Shown: positions 34,841-44,968, counted from the stretch's first letter. The stretch is DNA of 55,058 nt from Bacteroidota bacterium (GCA_041178665.1 JBEGUW010000124.1:1-55058), one strand, 5' to 3'. Translations and numbers: made by a program. Notes: a model not told the origin generated them from the sequence alone.

Positions 34841-37800
34841 ATGAAAACCAATAAAACTATTGTAGGATTTTCGATTGTTCTGGCACTCGCATGTTTGTTC
34901 CAGTTGTCGTTTACTTGGAAGGCCCAAGGATTTGAAAAAGAGGCAAAAGCATTTGCCGCAAAAGCTGCTGAAAAAGGTGGAGATAACAAAGAAGCTTATC
35001 GCCGTTACATCGACAGTTTAGGCAATCAAGAAATTTACAGTGTGGGAATCGCAGGATTCACCTACTTTGAATGTAAACAGCGTGAAATCAACTTAGGTTT
35101 GGATTTGCGCGGTGGAATGAACGTAATCTTGGAAGTGGATAAAGGCGCTGTTGTTAAGGTGCTTTCCAACGATTCAAAGGATCGCGATTTAAATCGTGCC
35201 ATTGATGAAGCCAATGTTGCGGTTCGTGATAATGGTGCAGATTTCGTGGATGCATTCGTTGCGAGTTTCAAGAAAAATAGTCCAAGCCGAAATATGGCCA
35301 ATTTGTTTGCTAAAGGCAATAAGGGCGTAATTCAGAGCAATAGCACTGAAGGCGAGGTTTTAACCTACTTGAAGACGGAAACTACAAGCGCGGTTGATCG
35401 CGTATACGAAGTGGTTGAAAAACGTATCAACCAATCAAACGTAACTCAGCCTACCATTCAGAAAATCGACGGAGGTCGTATCAGTGTAGAATTACCTGGT
35501 GTCGACAACCCACGTAGAATGGAAGAATTGGTTGAGAAGAGTGCTAAATTGGAGTTTTATGAAGTATACGGAAACGACGGTCAGCGTAGAGATGGTACTC
35601 GTATCTTAAATGCCTTATATAAAGCAAGCAAAATGTCGGCTGCGCCGGTAACCGAAGTTCCTGACTCAGCATCTATGGATTCTGGCGTAGTGAACGCGGC
35701 GGCGGCACCGGTAGCTTCGGCGACCCCAGCGACAACAACGACGGCGGCAGTTGCTGATAGTCCTAAGGTTGCAGACAATAAGAAAAAAGACGATAAGAAG
35801 AACGAAGCAAACGGAAGTCCTTTGGCTAAAGTGTTAAAGTCATTTGGAAACGATGGTCCAGGTTCGGCGATTGCAGTTGTTAAAAAGGCAGATCGTGCAG
35901 TGTTGGGCAAAATGTTGGAAGATGAGCGTTATGCGGCAGTTTTACGTATCGAAAATGCGAAAGTAGCTTACAGTGCAAAACCTCGTGATTTCAATGCCGA
36001 TGGAAAAGAAGCAGTGAATTCAGATGAGTATTTTGTTTATTTCTTGAAGTTGGATCGCGACGGAAACGCTGCGCTTTCTGCTGAAGATGATAATATTATT
36101 TCTGATGCGCGTGTAAATACTTCACCAACTGGTGAATTGGAAGTTTCTATGGAAATGACCTCTAAGGCAGGAACACAGTGGGCGCAAGTAACAGGAAGAA
36201 ACATCGGCAAATACATTGCGGTTGTTTTGGATGAGCGCGTTTATTCTGCTCCAGTAGTAAATCAAAAAATTAGCGGTGGTAACAGTCAAATTACTGGAAA
36301 CTTTGATATCCGTGAAGCCAATGACTTGGCAAACGTATTGAAGGCGGGTAAATTGCCTGCTCCAGCGAAAATTGTAGCAAGCGAACAAGTGGGTGCATCA
36401 TTGGGTCAAGATTCTATCGACCGTGGTTTGAATTCATTGTTGTTCGGTTTTATAACTACTATCTTATTCATGGTGTTGTATTACAGTCGTGCGGGTTGGA
36501 TGGCAATTGTTGCGGTATTGGGTAACGTATTCTTGATTATGGGAGTATTGGCCAGTATGGGTGCAGCATTGACATTGCCTGGTATGGCCGGTATCATCTT
36601 GACTGTGGGTATGGCGGTAGATGCGAACGTTTTGATTTACGAGCGTATTAAAGATGAATTAGCTGCTGGCAAAGGAATGAAAACGGCCATTGCAGATGGA
36701 TTTAAACATGCGATGAGCGCCATTGTAGATTCTAACATTACGACTTTGTTGGCTGGATTCATTTTGACATTTGCCGGTGCGGGTCCTGCTTATGGATTTG
36801 CGATTATCTTGGTAATTGGTATCTTTAGTTCAATGTTTACGGCGTTGTTCATCACTCGTTTGTTGTTGGATCGTCGTGCTGATAAAGGGTTAGATATCAG
36901 TTTTGATGCACCTTGGAATAAGAGCTTCTTAAAGAATTCTAATATCGATTTCGTATCAAACCGTAAGAAATACTATATGGCATCTGGGTTTATTATCTTG
37001 GTTGGATTGATTGCATTTATTTCTAAAGGAGGTATCAATACGGGTATTGACTTCAAAGGTGGGTATTCTTATGTTGTTCAATTTGATGCAAGTAAGAAGT
37101 ATCAAACAGAAGATATTAAAGTGGCTTTGGATAACGCCATGAAAGGATCTAGCAACGAAGTAAAAACTTTTGGTAACCAAGGCCAGTTCCGTTTGGTTAC
37201 TACTTATATGATTGATGCACAAGGTCAGGAAGGTCGCGACTCAGTTCGTACCGCTGTTTTGACTGCATTGAAAGGCTTTAAGTTGGCAGATGGCGATCCA
37301 ATCCTTAGTTCTTCTAAGGTGGGTGCTGCCATTGCGACTAGTACCCGCGATAAGAGTGCATTCTTGGTAATCTTAACGGTTGTAGGTATTTTCTTATACA
37401 TTGTATTCCGATTCAGAAGCGTAGCTTACGGTATGGGTGCAACAGTAGCTTTGATTCACGACGTGTTAGTGGTATTGTCGTTCTTCGCCATTTTGGATGG
37501 TGTGGTTCCTTTCCCAACTGACTTTGATCAAAACTTGATTGCTGCATTGTTGACCTTGTTAGGATATTCTATAAACGATACGGTAATTGTATTTGACCGT
37601 ATTCGTGAATTCTTGACGTCTAAACGTGTAGATCGTAACGATGAAGCGTTAATCAATACTGCGATCAACGATACATTGAGTCGTACCATTATCACTTCAG
37701 CTACCGTATTTGTAGTTGTTTTGATATTGTTCCTATTCGGTGGAGACGCGTTGAAAGGCTTCTCATTAGCCTTGTTAATTGGTGTAGTGGTTGGTACTTA

Positions 37801-37867
37801 TTCTTCAATATGTATTGCAACGCCTATCGTAGTAGATTTCTCTTCTAAGAAGAAACAGATTCAATAA
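34841..37867 (+). CDS. secDF: Protein translocase subunit SecDF (fused SecD/SecF)
   Basis: About 1008 aa. SecD motifs include LGLDLRGGM. Two RND-like six-TM bundles are present. The SecF part includes INTGIDFKGG and LGYSINDTVIVFDRIRE. ATG 34841 directly follows the track's GTG 34838. Confidence 0.95.
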   Translation: MKTNKTIVGFSIVLALACLFQLSFTWKAQGFEKEAKAFAAKAAEKGGDNKEAYRRYIDSLGNQEIYSVGIAGFTYFECKQREINLGLDLRGGMNVILEVDKGAVVKVLSNDSKDRDLNRAIDEANVAVRDNGADFVDAFVASFKKNSPSRNMANLFAKGNKGVIQSNSTEGEVLTYLKTETTSAVDRVYEVVEKRINQSNVTQPTIQKIDGGRISVELPGVDNPRRMEELVEKSAKLEFYEVYGNDGQRRDGTRILNALYKASKMSAAPVTEVPDSASMDSGVVNAAAAPVASATPATTTTAAVADSPKVADNKKKDDKKNEANGSPLAKVLKSFGNDGPGSAIAVVKKADRAVLGKMLEDERYAAVLRIENAKVAYSAKPRDFNADGKEAVNSDEYFVYFLKLDRDGNAALSAEDDNIISDARVNTSPTGELEVSMEMTSKAGTQWAQVTGRNIGKYIAVVLDERVYSAPVVNQKISGGNSQITGNFDIREANDLANVLKAGKLPAPAKIVASEQVGASLGQDSIDRGLNSLLFGFITTILFMVLYYSRAGWMAIVAVLGNVFLIMGVLASMGAALTLPGMAGIILTVGMAVDANVLIYERIKDELAAGKGMKTAIADGFKHAMSAIVDSNITTLLAGFILTFAGAGPAYGFAIILVIGIFSSMFTALFITRLLLDRRADKGLDISFDAPWNKSFLKNSNIDFVSNRKKYYMASGFIILVGLIAFISKGGINTGIDFKGGYSYVVQFDASKKYQTEDIKVALDNAMKGSSNEVKTFGNQGQFRLVTTYMIDAQGQEGRDSVRTAVLTALKGFKLADGDPILSSSKVGAAIATSTRDKSAFLVILTVVGIFLYIVFRFRSVAYGMGATVALIHDVLVVLSFFAILDGVVPFPTDFDQNLIAALLTLLGYSINDTVIVFDRIREFLTSKRVDRNDEALINTAINDTLSRTIITSATVFVVVLILFLFGGDALKGFSLALLIGVVVGTYSSICIATPIVVDFSSKKKQIQ

Positions 37868-37885
37868 TTACACTTCGAACTTTTG

Positions 37886-37918
37886 AAAAGGCGGGGTGAT
37901 ATTCACCCCGCCTTTTTT
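37886..37918 (+). terminator. Rho-independent terminator after secDF
   Basis: Perfect 14-bp stem AAAAGGCGGGGTGA / TCACCCCGCCTTTT with a TAT loop, followed by a T-tract. The A-tract on the 5' side makes it potentially bidirectional. Confidence 0.85.
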
Positions 37919-37991
37919 ATTATGGGTCAGTGAGCGAATGTCAAATCACAAAATAGAATAATTAAAATCAAAAAGAATAAAACTAAATAAT

Positions 37992-39227
37992 ATGAGCAAG
38001 AGAAAAATGGAAATTGGATTGTCGAATGAAATGTTAAGACAGGTTGCTGAAGAATTTGGCACTCCGGTTTATGTTTACCATGCCGAAAAAATCGAGTTAC
38101 AGTACAAGCGATTACTAAACGCGTTTCCCGGGGTAAAAGTGAAATTGCATTATGCACTGAAAGCCCTAAATAATGTCAATATTTTGCGATTGTTAAAATC
38201 TCAAGGGGCTGGTTTAGATGCCGTTTCCATAGAGGAAGTACAACTGGGCTTGAGAGCAGGGTTTGCTCCCCATGAAATTATGTATACGCCCAATTGCGTG
38301 CACTTTGACGAAATTAAGGCGGCGGTTGAACTCGGTGTCCATATCAACATCGATAACATTTCCATTTTAGAGCAGTTTGGCAGTGAATATGGAAATACCG
38401 TTCCGTGTTGTATTCGGTTGAATCCGCATATCATGGCTGGTGGACATAGTCATATCTCGGTGGGACATATTGATTCTAAGTTTGGAATCTCAATTTATCA
38501 GTTGAGACACGTTCTTCGTGTGGTGGAGTCCTTGAAAATCAAAGTGAATGGATTACACATGCATACAGGCAGTGATATTTTAGACGGTGATGTTTTCTTG
38601 CGCGGTGCGGAGTTGCTTTTTGATGCCGCCAAGGATTTTAAAGATTTAGCGTTTATGGATTTTGGTAGTGGCTTTAAAGTGGGGTATAAACCCGATGATA
38701 TCGTAACAGAAATTGAGGAGATTGGAGATAAAATTGCTGCTGCCTTTAAATTGTTTTGTCAGGATTATGGCAAAGAACTTGAGCTGTGGTTTGAACCGGG
38801 GAAATTCATCGTGAGTGAATCGGGTTCGTTGTTGGTGAAAGCAAACGTAATCAAACAAACAACATCTACCGTTTTTGTGGGCGTTGATTCAGGCCAGAAC
38901 CATTTGATTCGACCGATGTTTTACGATGCGTATCACTTCATCGAGAATATTTCAAACGAAGAAGGCACGCAGCGACTCTATAGTGTGGTGGGCTATATCT
39001 GCGAAACGGATACGTTGGGTTATGATCGCAAACTGAATGAAGTAAGAGAGGGCGATATTTTGAGGATTCGAAATGCTGGCGCTTACGGTTTTTCGATGAG
39101 CAACAATTATAACGCTAGACTCAGACCACCAGAAGTTATGGTAAAGAATGGCGTGGCCCATTTGATTCGCAAACGAGAGGAGTTGGCTGATTTGATCCGC
39201 AACGAGATCGAAATCGAAGGGCTCTAG
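37992..39227 (+). CDS. lysA: Diaminopimelate decarboxylase
   Basis: 411 aa. Features of a PLP-dependent Orn/DAP/Arg decarboxylase fold: FGTPVYVY, YALKALNN (PLP lysine context), HMHTGS, GSGFKVGY, VVGYICETD. Confidence 0.9.
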   Translation: MSKRKMEIGLSNEMLRQVAEEFGTPVYVYHAEKIELQYKRLLNAFPGVKVKLHYALKALNNVNILRLLKSQGAGLDAVSIEEVQLGLRAGFAPHEIMYTPNCVHFDEIKAAVELGVHINIDNISILEQFGSEYGNTVPCCIRLNPHIMAGGHSHISVGHIDSKFGISIYQLRHVLRVVESLKIKVNGLHMHTGSDILDGDVFLRGAELLFDAAKDFKDLAFMDFGSGFKVGYKPDDIVTEIEEIGDKIAAAFKLFCQDYGKELELWFEPGKFIVSESGSLLVKANVIKQTTSTVFVGVDSGQNHLIRPMFYDAYHFIENISNEEGTQRLYSVVGYICETDTLGYDRKLNEVREGDILRIRNAGAYGFSMSNNYNARLRPPEVMVKNGVAHLIRKREELADLIRNEIEIEGL

Positions 39228-39235
39228 AGCAATTG

Positions 39236-40093
39236 TTACTCGCAGTTCTGGTTTAAGAAATACTCATACGTACCATCTACGGTGTCGTTTGAGTTCCTGA
39301 TTTTACCTCGTACAATTTGAAATTGAACCGATAATATCTTTTGATTTGTAGGATTTACAGATGCAAAGAATTTATTGGGAATCATGCTCAAAGAAAATTT
39401 GCCGCCACCCAAATTCTTCATTGCTAATTTGGGTTCAGTGGCCACTTTGGTGATTGAAACAAACTGAATAAAATCGGTTAGGCCTGGTCCTGTTCTAGCT
39501 CTAAGATACAAGTAGAAGTCCTCTTTGTTTTTTAAGGTATCCTTCGTCTCCAAATTGCGATCATAAATAATCGTTAAAACATCCGTTGCACCAATGCTCA
39601 ATGTGTCTTTTTTGGCCAAACTTGGGAAGGGGGATACTTTTTGAGGTCCTGAAACGGGAGGTGTTAAGTCGATTTTTAAATCTTCCGTCTTGTCTTCTCC
39701 TGCAGCAGTGCCGGTACCATCCTTCTTCTTCAATAACAAGCTGATGTCGTTGTTGTATAATTCTGCAGCAGTAACCTCGTAAAATGAGGTAGGTACCATA
39801 CGGAAGAAATATAAGTCGTTTCCGGCGGAACGCATTTGTAATGCATCGTTACTAGCTAACCATGTTCCATTGTGCAATGGATGTCCAACGGCGTGCTCAT
39901 TTGGGGCCCATGTCCACATATATATTGGGTCCGTAGTCCCAGCCAATTGTTGGCGGTCACACTTTTTAATATCTACCCAAATGGTGATAGAATCATTGGG
40001 GTTGATAGGGTCTGGAGTAGCCCAAGCTTTTTGTGCCTGAATTTTTGACAAGCAAACAATCAAAGCCAAACTAAATAAAAGGATTTTTTTCAT
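39236..40093 (-). CDS. Secreted or cell-surface protein of unknown function, two tandem beta-sandwich (CBM/SusE-F-like) modules; last gene of the SusCD locus
   Basis: 285 aa with a signal peptide (MKKILLFSLALIVCLSKIQAQ). Two modules show the same pattern: a short strand ending in (I/V)xY/W-D, an aromatic-rich core, then M..xG.xxF. A Gly/Thr/Glu/Lys linker separates them. The glycan-binding role is inference from context only. Confidence 0.55.
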   Translation of the reverse strand: MKKILLFSLALIVCLSKIQAQKAWATPDPINPNDSITIWVDIKKCDRQQLAGTTDPIYMWTWAPNEHAVGHPLHNGTWLASNDALQMRSAGNDLYFFRMVPTSFYEVTAAELYNNDISLLLKKKDGTGTAAGEDKTEDLKIDLTPPVSGPQKVSPFPSLAKKDTLSIGATDVLTIIYDRNLETKDTLKNKEDFYLYLRARTGPGLTDFIQFVSITKVATEPKLAMKNLGGGKFSLSMIPNKFFASVNPTNQKILSVQFQIVRGKIRNSNDTVDGTYEYFLNQNCE

Positions 40094-40099
40094 GGCAAA

Positions 40100-40597
40100 T
40101 TATTTTCTGCTAAATGTTAAGTGGTAACTCACGGTGCGCTTGCCGCCGCAAATCTTATTGTATTTTAATACCAAATAATTGTCTTGAGGTCTTACTGGAC
40201 GCATCATGCTTACGGTGTTTACTCCCGCTGTGCCATCGTCTAAGATAATTTTGCTAGGGTAGTCGGCATTGTCGAATTTCCAAGATCCAGCATTTATCTT
40301 AAATAGTTGACTTCCTGCACCGCCTGCGATTGAGTAGGATCCGTCTTTTGTGAAACTGAACTCCATAGGTGTACCGTCGATGAAAGTTTCGGTAACATTT
40401 AGCAAAGTATCACTTTCAACAAATGCCAATTGTACATTCACATCAATTTGATCAACGCGTGATAGAATCCATCCGGTGTTCGAAATACCTTCGGTTTGAC
40501 TCGGTTTAGGACCTAAAGTCTTTTTTTCTGGTCTGCAGCCAATCATCGCACCGCAAAGGATGATGGATAGTGCCGCAATTTGAATTGTCTTTTTCAT
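40100..40597 (-). CDS. Lipoprotein, lipocalin-like / DUF5004-like small beta-barrel
   Basis: 165 aa with lipobox AMIGC. The sequence features W...(F.KDGSY)...GSWKF...LVLKY are typical of lipocalin-like PUL accessory lipoproteins. Its ATG overlaps the susD-like stop (TAATG). Confidence 0.65.
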   Translation of the reverse strand: MKKTIQIAALSIILCGAMIGCRPEKKTLGPKPSQTEGISNTGWILSRVDQIDVNVQLAFVESDTLLNVTETFIDGTPMEFSFTKDGSYSIAGGAGSQLFKINAGSWKFDNADYPSKIILDDGTAGVNTVSMMRPVRPQDNYLVLKYNKICGGKRTVSYHLTFSRK

Positions 40598-41979
40598 TAG
40601 TTACAACCTCCTGTTGGGTTAATTTCAAAAATGCTAGTCTTTTCTGTGATTGGAAATTGCAAAACAAAACCTGCGCAATCCCAGCGATGGCCGCGAACGT
40701 AAATATTCTGACTTTCGATGGCGCCCAATCGTTTGATTTCATTTGTACGATCGCCTTGGAATAGCAATTCAATTCTTCTTTGACTTCTCGTAGCATCAAT
40801 AATTTGAAGTGCAGTTGAACCGGAAGCTACCAATTTGCTATTGTCCGTGTAAGCTCTTTCGATGATTGCATTGATGTCGGCCGTTGCAATGCCCAAATCT
40901 CCACCGGATTTTGCCAGAGCCTCAGCTCGTATTAAATGCATTTGCGTTAAATGCAAAACAGGGACGTTAAAATAGGGTGCATTGAACATTTCGCTTTTGA
41001 TGAATTCATTTTGCGCACCCGCGTTGACAACGGTCAACAATTTCAAACGTTTATCAATCGCCAAATCTACCTTGAAAGATTCCCATTGCTGCTTTGATAA
41101 TTGACAGGTTGGATTTCCAGGCGAGTAATTGTCTGAATATCCGCCACTTCGTTTGTCGTTAATTCCCGTGCTGACAATCTTGAAGATGTATTCGCTGCTC
41201 GCCGCAGGAGTAAATAAGTTTACGGTATCGCTTAGGGTGTATTTTTTTGAATCGATAACTGTTGATGCGTGAGATGCCGCATCGGTGTATTTGCCCATTT
41301 GGAAGTATACGTGGGCCAACAATGCAGTTGCACTCATTTTATCGGCATAATTGCCATTTTCTGCGGGCAACAAACCTTCCGCATCTTTCAAGTCGGCCAA
41401 AATCGCATCGTAAGCTTCGCCAACTGATAAACGCGGGCTTGGCTTGGTAGAAGATTTCGTCACAATGGCAATCCCAGGGTGCTCATTTTTTGCGCTAAAG
41501 CCATAGGGTTGGGCAAACATTCTAACAGCAGTGAAATGACATAGGCCCCGAATGAATTTGATTTCGCCTAACATCCGATTCTTGTCCGCTACGGTGATAT
41601 CCGCTACCTTATCCATATTGTCTTGGACAAAATTCGCGCGGAAAATTGCACGGTAAAGTATTGAATAAAAGCTTCCGCTTGTTGTGTTGAAAAACAAAAC
41701 GTTATGACTGTATAATTCCCTTAAGTCGTTGTTATTTGGCATGCTTAAGTTGTCCGACTGCATTTCGCTCATCATTGAAGCAAATCCCCCAAATGTATTC
41801 GCGACCTCATTGTAACTCGCGTTAAGTAATCGTTGCAGGTCGTCTGTGGTTTTGATTGCATCATCCACCAATAATTCGTTGGGTGGGGGAGTTTCGATGC
41901 TTTGACAACCCGTGAAAGCGCTGGACGCGGCAAACAATGCTACGACAATGGCTATGGTTTGTGTAAATGTCTTTTTCAT
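40597..41979 (-). CDS. SusD/RagB-family nutrient-binding outer membrane lipoprotein
   Basis: 460 aa with lipoprotein signal AFTGC. It has TPR-like helical N-terminal sequence features (YNEVAN..., RAIFRANFV, RGLCHFTAVRMFAQPYG) and a C-terminal RxxELxFxGxR-like motif (QRRIELLFQGDRTNEIKR). It starts 2 nt after the SusC-like gene. Confidence 0.9.
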   Translation of the reverse strand: MKKTFTQTIAIVVALFAASSAFTGCQSIETPPPNELLVDDAIKTTDDLQRLLNASYNEVANTFGGFASMMSEMQSDNLSMPNNNDLRELYSHNVLFFNTTSGSFYSILYRAIFRANFVQDNMDKVADITVADKNRMLGEIKFIRGLCHFTAVRMFAQPYGFSAKNEHPGIAIVTKSSTKPSPRLSVGEAYDAILADLKDAEGLLPAENGNYADKMSATALLAHVYFQMGKYTDAASHASTVIDSKKYTLSDTVNLFTPAASSEYIFKIVSTGINDKRSGGYSDNYSPGNPTCQLSKQQWESFKVDLAIDKRLKLLTVVNAGAQNEFIKSEMFNAPYFNVPVLHLTQMHLIRAEALAKSGGDLGIATADINAIIERAYTDNSKLVASGSTALQIIDATRSQRRIELLFQGDRTNEIKRLGAIESQNIYVRGHRWDCAGFVLQFPITEKTSIFEINPTGGCN

Positions 41980-41981
41980 GA

Positions 41982-44876
41982 TTAAAAGCTGAAGTTAAAG
42001 GCCAAACTGATGCTCTTTTCTTGAGGCGTTGTTAAATAAGTAATGCTACCACTCATATTTCTATCGGTGGCATTTTCAAAGTCACGGGCAATTTCTGGGT
42101 CGATACCAGTGTAGCGAGTCCAGGTAAGTAAGTTGGTACCTACAATCATCACCTTTGCCGCATCAAACTTAGATTTCTGCAACCAAGCCTTTGGCAATCG
42201 GTAGCCAATGTTAAGGCTTCTCAATCTCACATAACTGCCATCTTGCAACCAAAGATCGGTATTGATCCATGGGGTAGTAGCGCCGTGGTTGAATGTGTTT
42301 AATGTCATTTTAGGGTACAGCGCATCGTCGCCAGGATTCTGCCAACGGTCCATAACACGTGTGTCCATGTTCCAATCGGTCATTAAGCTGAGCTGACGTT
42401 TTACAGAGCTTTCGAAAATGCTACCACCAATATTAAAGTAGATATTGGCATTCAATTCCCAGTTTTTGTAGGAGATGGTGTTGGCCAAATTACCGAAGGC
42501 TTTCGGAAGGACGTTTCCTACTGCTACGCGATTTGCAGGGTCCCATTTGGAAGTTTCTTTGCCGTTGATGTCCAAATAAACGGGTGCACCAGTGGCTTTG
42601 TCGATATGGGAGAATCTTACCAAGAAGTTCGTGCCAACAGGTTGGTTTAGCACTACACGGGTATCATTTGTTCCACCGCCGATGGCATCAGGGGAGTATA
42701 CGCCGATGCTAGTGATTTTGTTGACGTTTCTCGCCACACTGAAATTGGTGGTCCAATTGAAATTCTTCTGGCGAATATTTACGGTTTTTAATGAGAACTC
42801 TAATCCTTTGTTTGTGATGCCACCTACGTTATCGTAAAAACTTCCAAAACCTGTAGATACCGGAATTGAAACATTCATAATTACATCGCTGGTTACTTTG
42901 CTGTAATAGGTGATTTCGGTGCTGATTCTGCCTTTCATGAAAGCCATTTCAACGCCCGCATCAAAGTTCACAGTGCTTTCCCAACGTAAATTAGGGTTTT
43001 CCAAACGGGCTGGGGCCAATTGAGGCTGACCATTGTAATTTGGCAAATTGCCAGATGGTGTTATGGTACCCCAACGTGCATAGTTGTCGAAGTTCGCATT
43101 ACCGCTCTTACCCATTCCTGCGCGAAGTTTCATGAAGTTGATCCATTTGTACTGTTTCATGAATTTCTCTTCTGAAAGGATGTATCCAACCGCTGCAGCA
43201 GGGAAAAATCCGTATCTGTTGTTCTTGCCGAAGCGAGAACTTCCATCCCAACGACTCGTGAGCTGGAAATTGAGTTTGTTCTTGAAGCTGTAATTGAATC
43301 GGCCAAAATAACTAATGAAAGCCCATTCGTAAGGGGTTTTGCTATTGGCGATTTTTGCTGTATCGGGTATCGCTACTTGGTCGATAGGTCCCGTTGCATC
43401 AAAATTCTCAACGTACTTACTGTGTGTGATGCTATGCTGCGACTCTGTTCCACCCATGAAACTAATATTGTGGTTAGGGCTCAACTGCTTTTCGTATTGT
43501 GCAGTAAAGAACTGGTTTCTATTCATCGTCCAGCTAGGGAACCACTTTGCAGCGCCGTTCTGTTTGTAGTTACTATTGTATAATTTAATTAAAGCCGCAG
43601 GCTCATACAGATGTTCGTTGTAATCCATGTAGTCTACGCTGGTACTGTAGTTTAAGTGGATATTCTTGTTGACTTCATAGCTTACGCTTGCGTTGTTGAT
43701 AGATCGCAATTCAACGGTTCTCCAATTTTTTAGGTTACGAATGGTTTGGAGTCCTACGGGTGTGATGTACGATTTACTCGCACTATCGTAAAGTTGTTCC
43801 AATGGATATATCGGAAGCATCGTGCTCATTGCGCTGCCCAATCCACCAGCCCAAGCGGCATCCACACGGGTGTTGGTACCTCTACTTAAAGATTGAGAAA
43901 CCTGAATGTTTAAACCTTTCATCGGTCTGAAATCCATATTTACTCTTTCAGAAACCCTATTGTATTTGTTGCCAATGATAAAACTACCATTGTCGTCCAT
44001 AGAGAGAATCCCTTTTAATGCGAAATTCTTACCCATGTAATTCGCCGATAAGTTATAGTTCTGCTTGAAGCCGTTGCCAATCACTTGGTCGATCCAGTTT
44101 GTATGATTTTTTGGGTCGTTTGCTTGCGCCCACGACATTCGGATTCCGCTCGCACTCAAATCAGGCGTGCCCGTTTTGCCATCGTTTTGCCAAGCTTCTT
44201 GATACAATTGTAACCATTGGTCTGCATTGACAAAATCAGGTTTTTTGGTAGGGCTAGAACTGCTCCATCGCGCACTGACATCGAATTTTAGTCCTTTTTT
44301 CTTAGCGCGTTTGGTGGTGATTAAGATTACGCCATTGGCACCGCGTGAACCGTAAATGCTCGTCGCAGCGGCATCTTTAAGGATTTCGATATTTTCAATA
44401 TCATCTGGATTGATACTCGCGAGAGGGTTGTTGTTGAATCCTGCACCATAGTTTGATCCATTTGCACGATTCATGAAATAATCTTGTGAAATTGGAATTC
44501 CATCAATCACATACAGTGGATCTCCTGCCGCAGAAATTGAAGAAGCGCCACGAATACGGATCAACGATGCTGATCCAGCCATACCACTGCCTACAATAAC
44601 CTGAACACCCGCGGCCTTACCTTGCAATGCTGCTTCAAATGATGGCGCCGGCATGTCGGTAATGTCTTTTCCGCTAACGGTTGAGATTGAACCCACCAAA
44701 TTTCTACGACTTTGTCTTCCGTAGCCCACAATTACAACATCTCCAACGCTAGAAATATTAGTGTCTTCGGCAGTGACTTTGGGTGTGGAACCTGTTTGGG
44801 CAAAAGCCGACAATGAAGCCCATAAGGCAATCAATATAAGGGCTGGCTTTTTTTGTTTTTGTATAATTGAATACAT
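41982..44876 (-). CDS. SusC/RagA-family TonB-linked outer membrane protein
   Basis: 964 aa. The plug region reads VVIVGYGRQSRRNLVGSISTV...ALQGKAAGVQV...IRIRGASSI...PLYVIDGIP, followed by ILKDAAATSIYGSRGANGVILITTKR. It ends in a terminal aromatic (...LAFNFSF). There is no N-terminal STN or carboxypeptidase-regulatory domain. Confidence 0.9.
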   Translation of the reverse strand: MYSIIQKQKKPALILIALWASLSAFAQTGSTPKVTAEDTNISSVGDVVIVGYGRQSRRNLVGSISTVSGKDITDMPAPSFEAALQGKAAGVQVIVGSGMAGSASLIRIRGASSISAAGDPLYVIDGIPISQDYFMNRANGSNYGAGFNNNPLASINPDDIENIEILKDAAATSIYGSRGANGVILITTKRAKKKGLKFDVSARWSSSSPTKKPDFVNADQWLQLYQEAWQNDGKTGTPDLSASGIRMSWAQANDPKNHTNWIDQVIGNGFKQNYNLSANYMGKNFALKGILSMDDNGSFIIGNKYNRVSERVNMDFRPMKGLNIQVSQSLSRGTNTRVDAAWAGGLGSAMSTMLPIYPLEQLYDSASKSYITPVGLQTIRNLKNWRTVELRSINNASVSYEVNKNIHLNYSTSVDYMDYNEHLYEPAALIKLYNSNYKQNGAAKWFPSWTMNRNQFFTAQYEKQLSPNHNISFMGGTESQHSITHSKYVENFDATGPIDQVAIPDTAKIANSKTPYEWAFISYFGRFNYSFKNKLNFQLTSRWDGSSRFGKNNRYGFFPAAAVGYILSEEKFMKQYKWINFMKLRAGMGKSGNANFDNYARWGTITPSGNLPNYNGQPQLAPARLENPNLRWESTVNFDAGVEMAFMKGRISTEITYYSKVTSDVIMNVSIPVSTGFGSFYDNVGGITNKGLEFSLKTVNIRQKNFNWTTNFSVARNVNKITSIGVYSPDAIGGGTNDTRVVLNQPVGTNFLVRFSHIDKATGAPVYLDINGKETSKWDPANRVAVGNVLPKAFGNLANTISYKNWELNANIYFNIGGSIFESSVKRQLSLMTDWNMDTRVMDRWQNPGDDALYPKMTLNTFNHGATTPWINTDLWLQDGSYVRLRSLNIGYRLPKAWLQKSKFDAAKVMIVGTNLLTWTRYTGIDPEIARDFENATDRNMSGSITYLTTPQEKSISLAFNFSF

Positions 44877-44919
44877 AGGCTAATTAAAATAGATCGGCAA
44901 TATAATTAAAAAATAAAGA

Positions 44920-44958
44920 AGTGTCAATTATACAATTACGAAAAAGTGTCAAATTGAC
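44920..44958 (-). repeat. Two copies of (A/T)TTGACACTT in the susC-like promoter region, one embedded in the palindrome GTCAAATTGAC
   Basis: On the plus strand, AGTGTCAA occurs at 44920-44927 and 44945-44952, 25 bp apart. The palindrome GTCAA-A-TTGAC is at 44948-44958. These lie 44-82 nt upstream of the susC-like ATG (44876). Confidence 0.45.
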
Positions 44959-44968
44959 GATTTGTGAA

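Noticed and set aside
35640-35830. Ala/Thr/Pro/Lys-rich low-complexity stretch inside SecDF (AAAPVASATPATTTTAAVADSPKVADNKKKDDKKNEANG)
   Set aside because: It lies in the variable periplasmic head region of SecD. The total protein length (~1008 aa) is what I recall as typical for Bacteroidota SecDF fusions. It is likely a tolerated linker rather than an inserted element.
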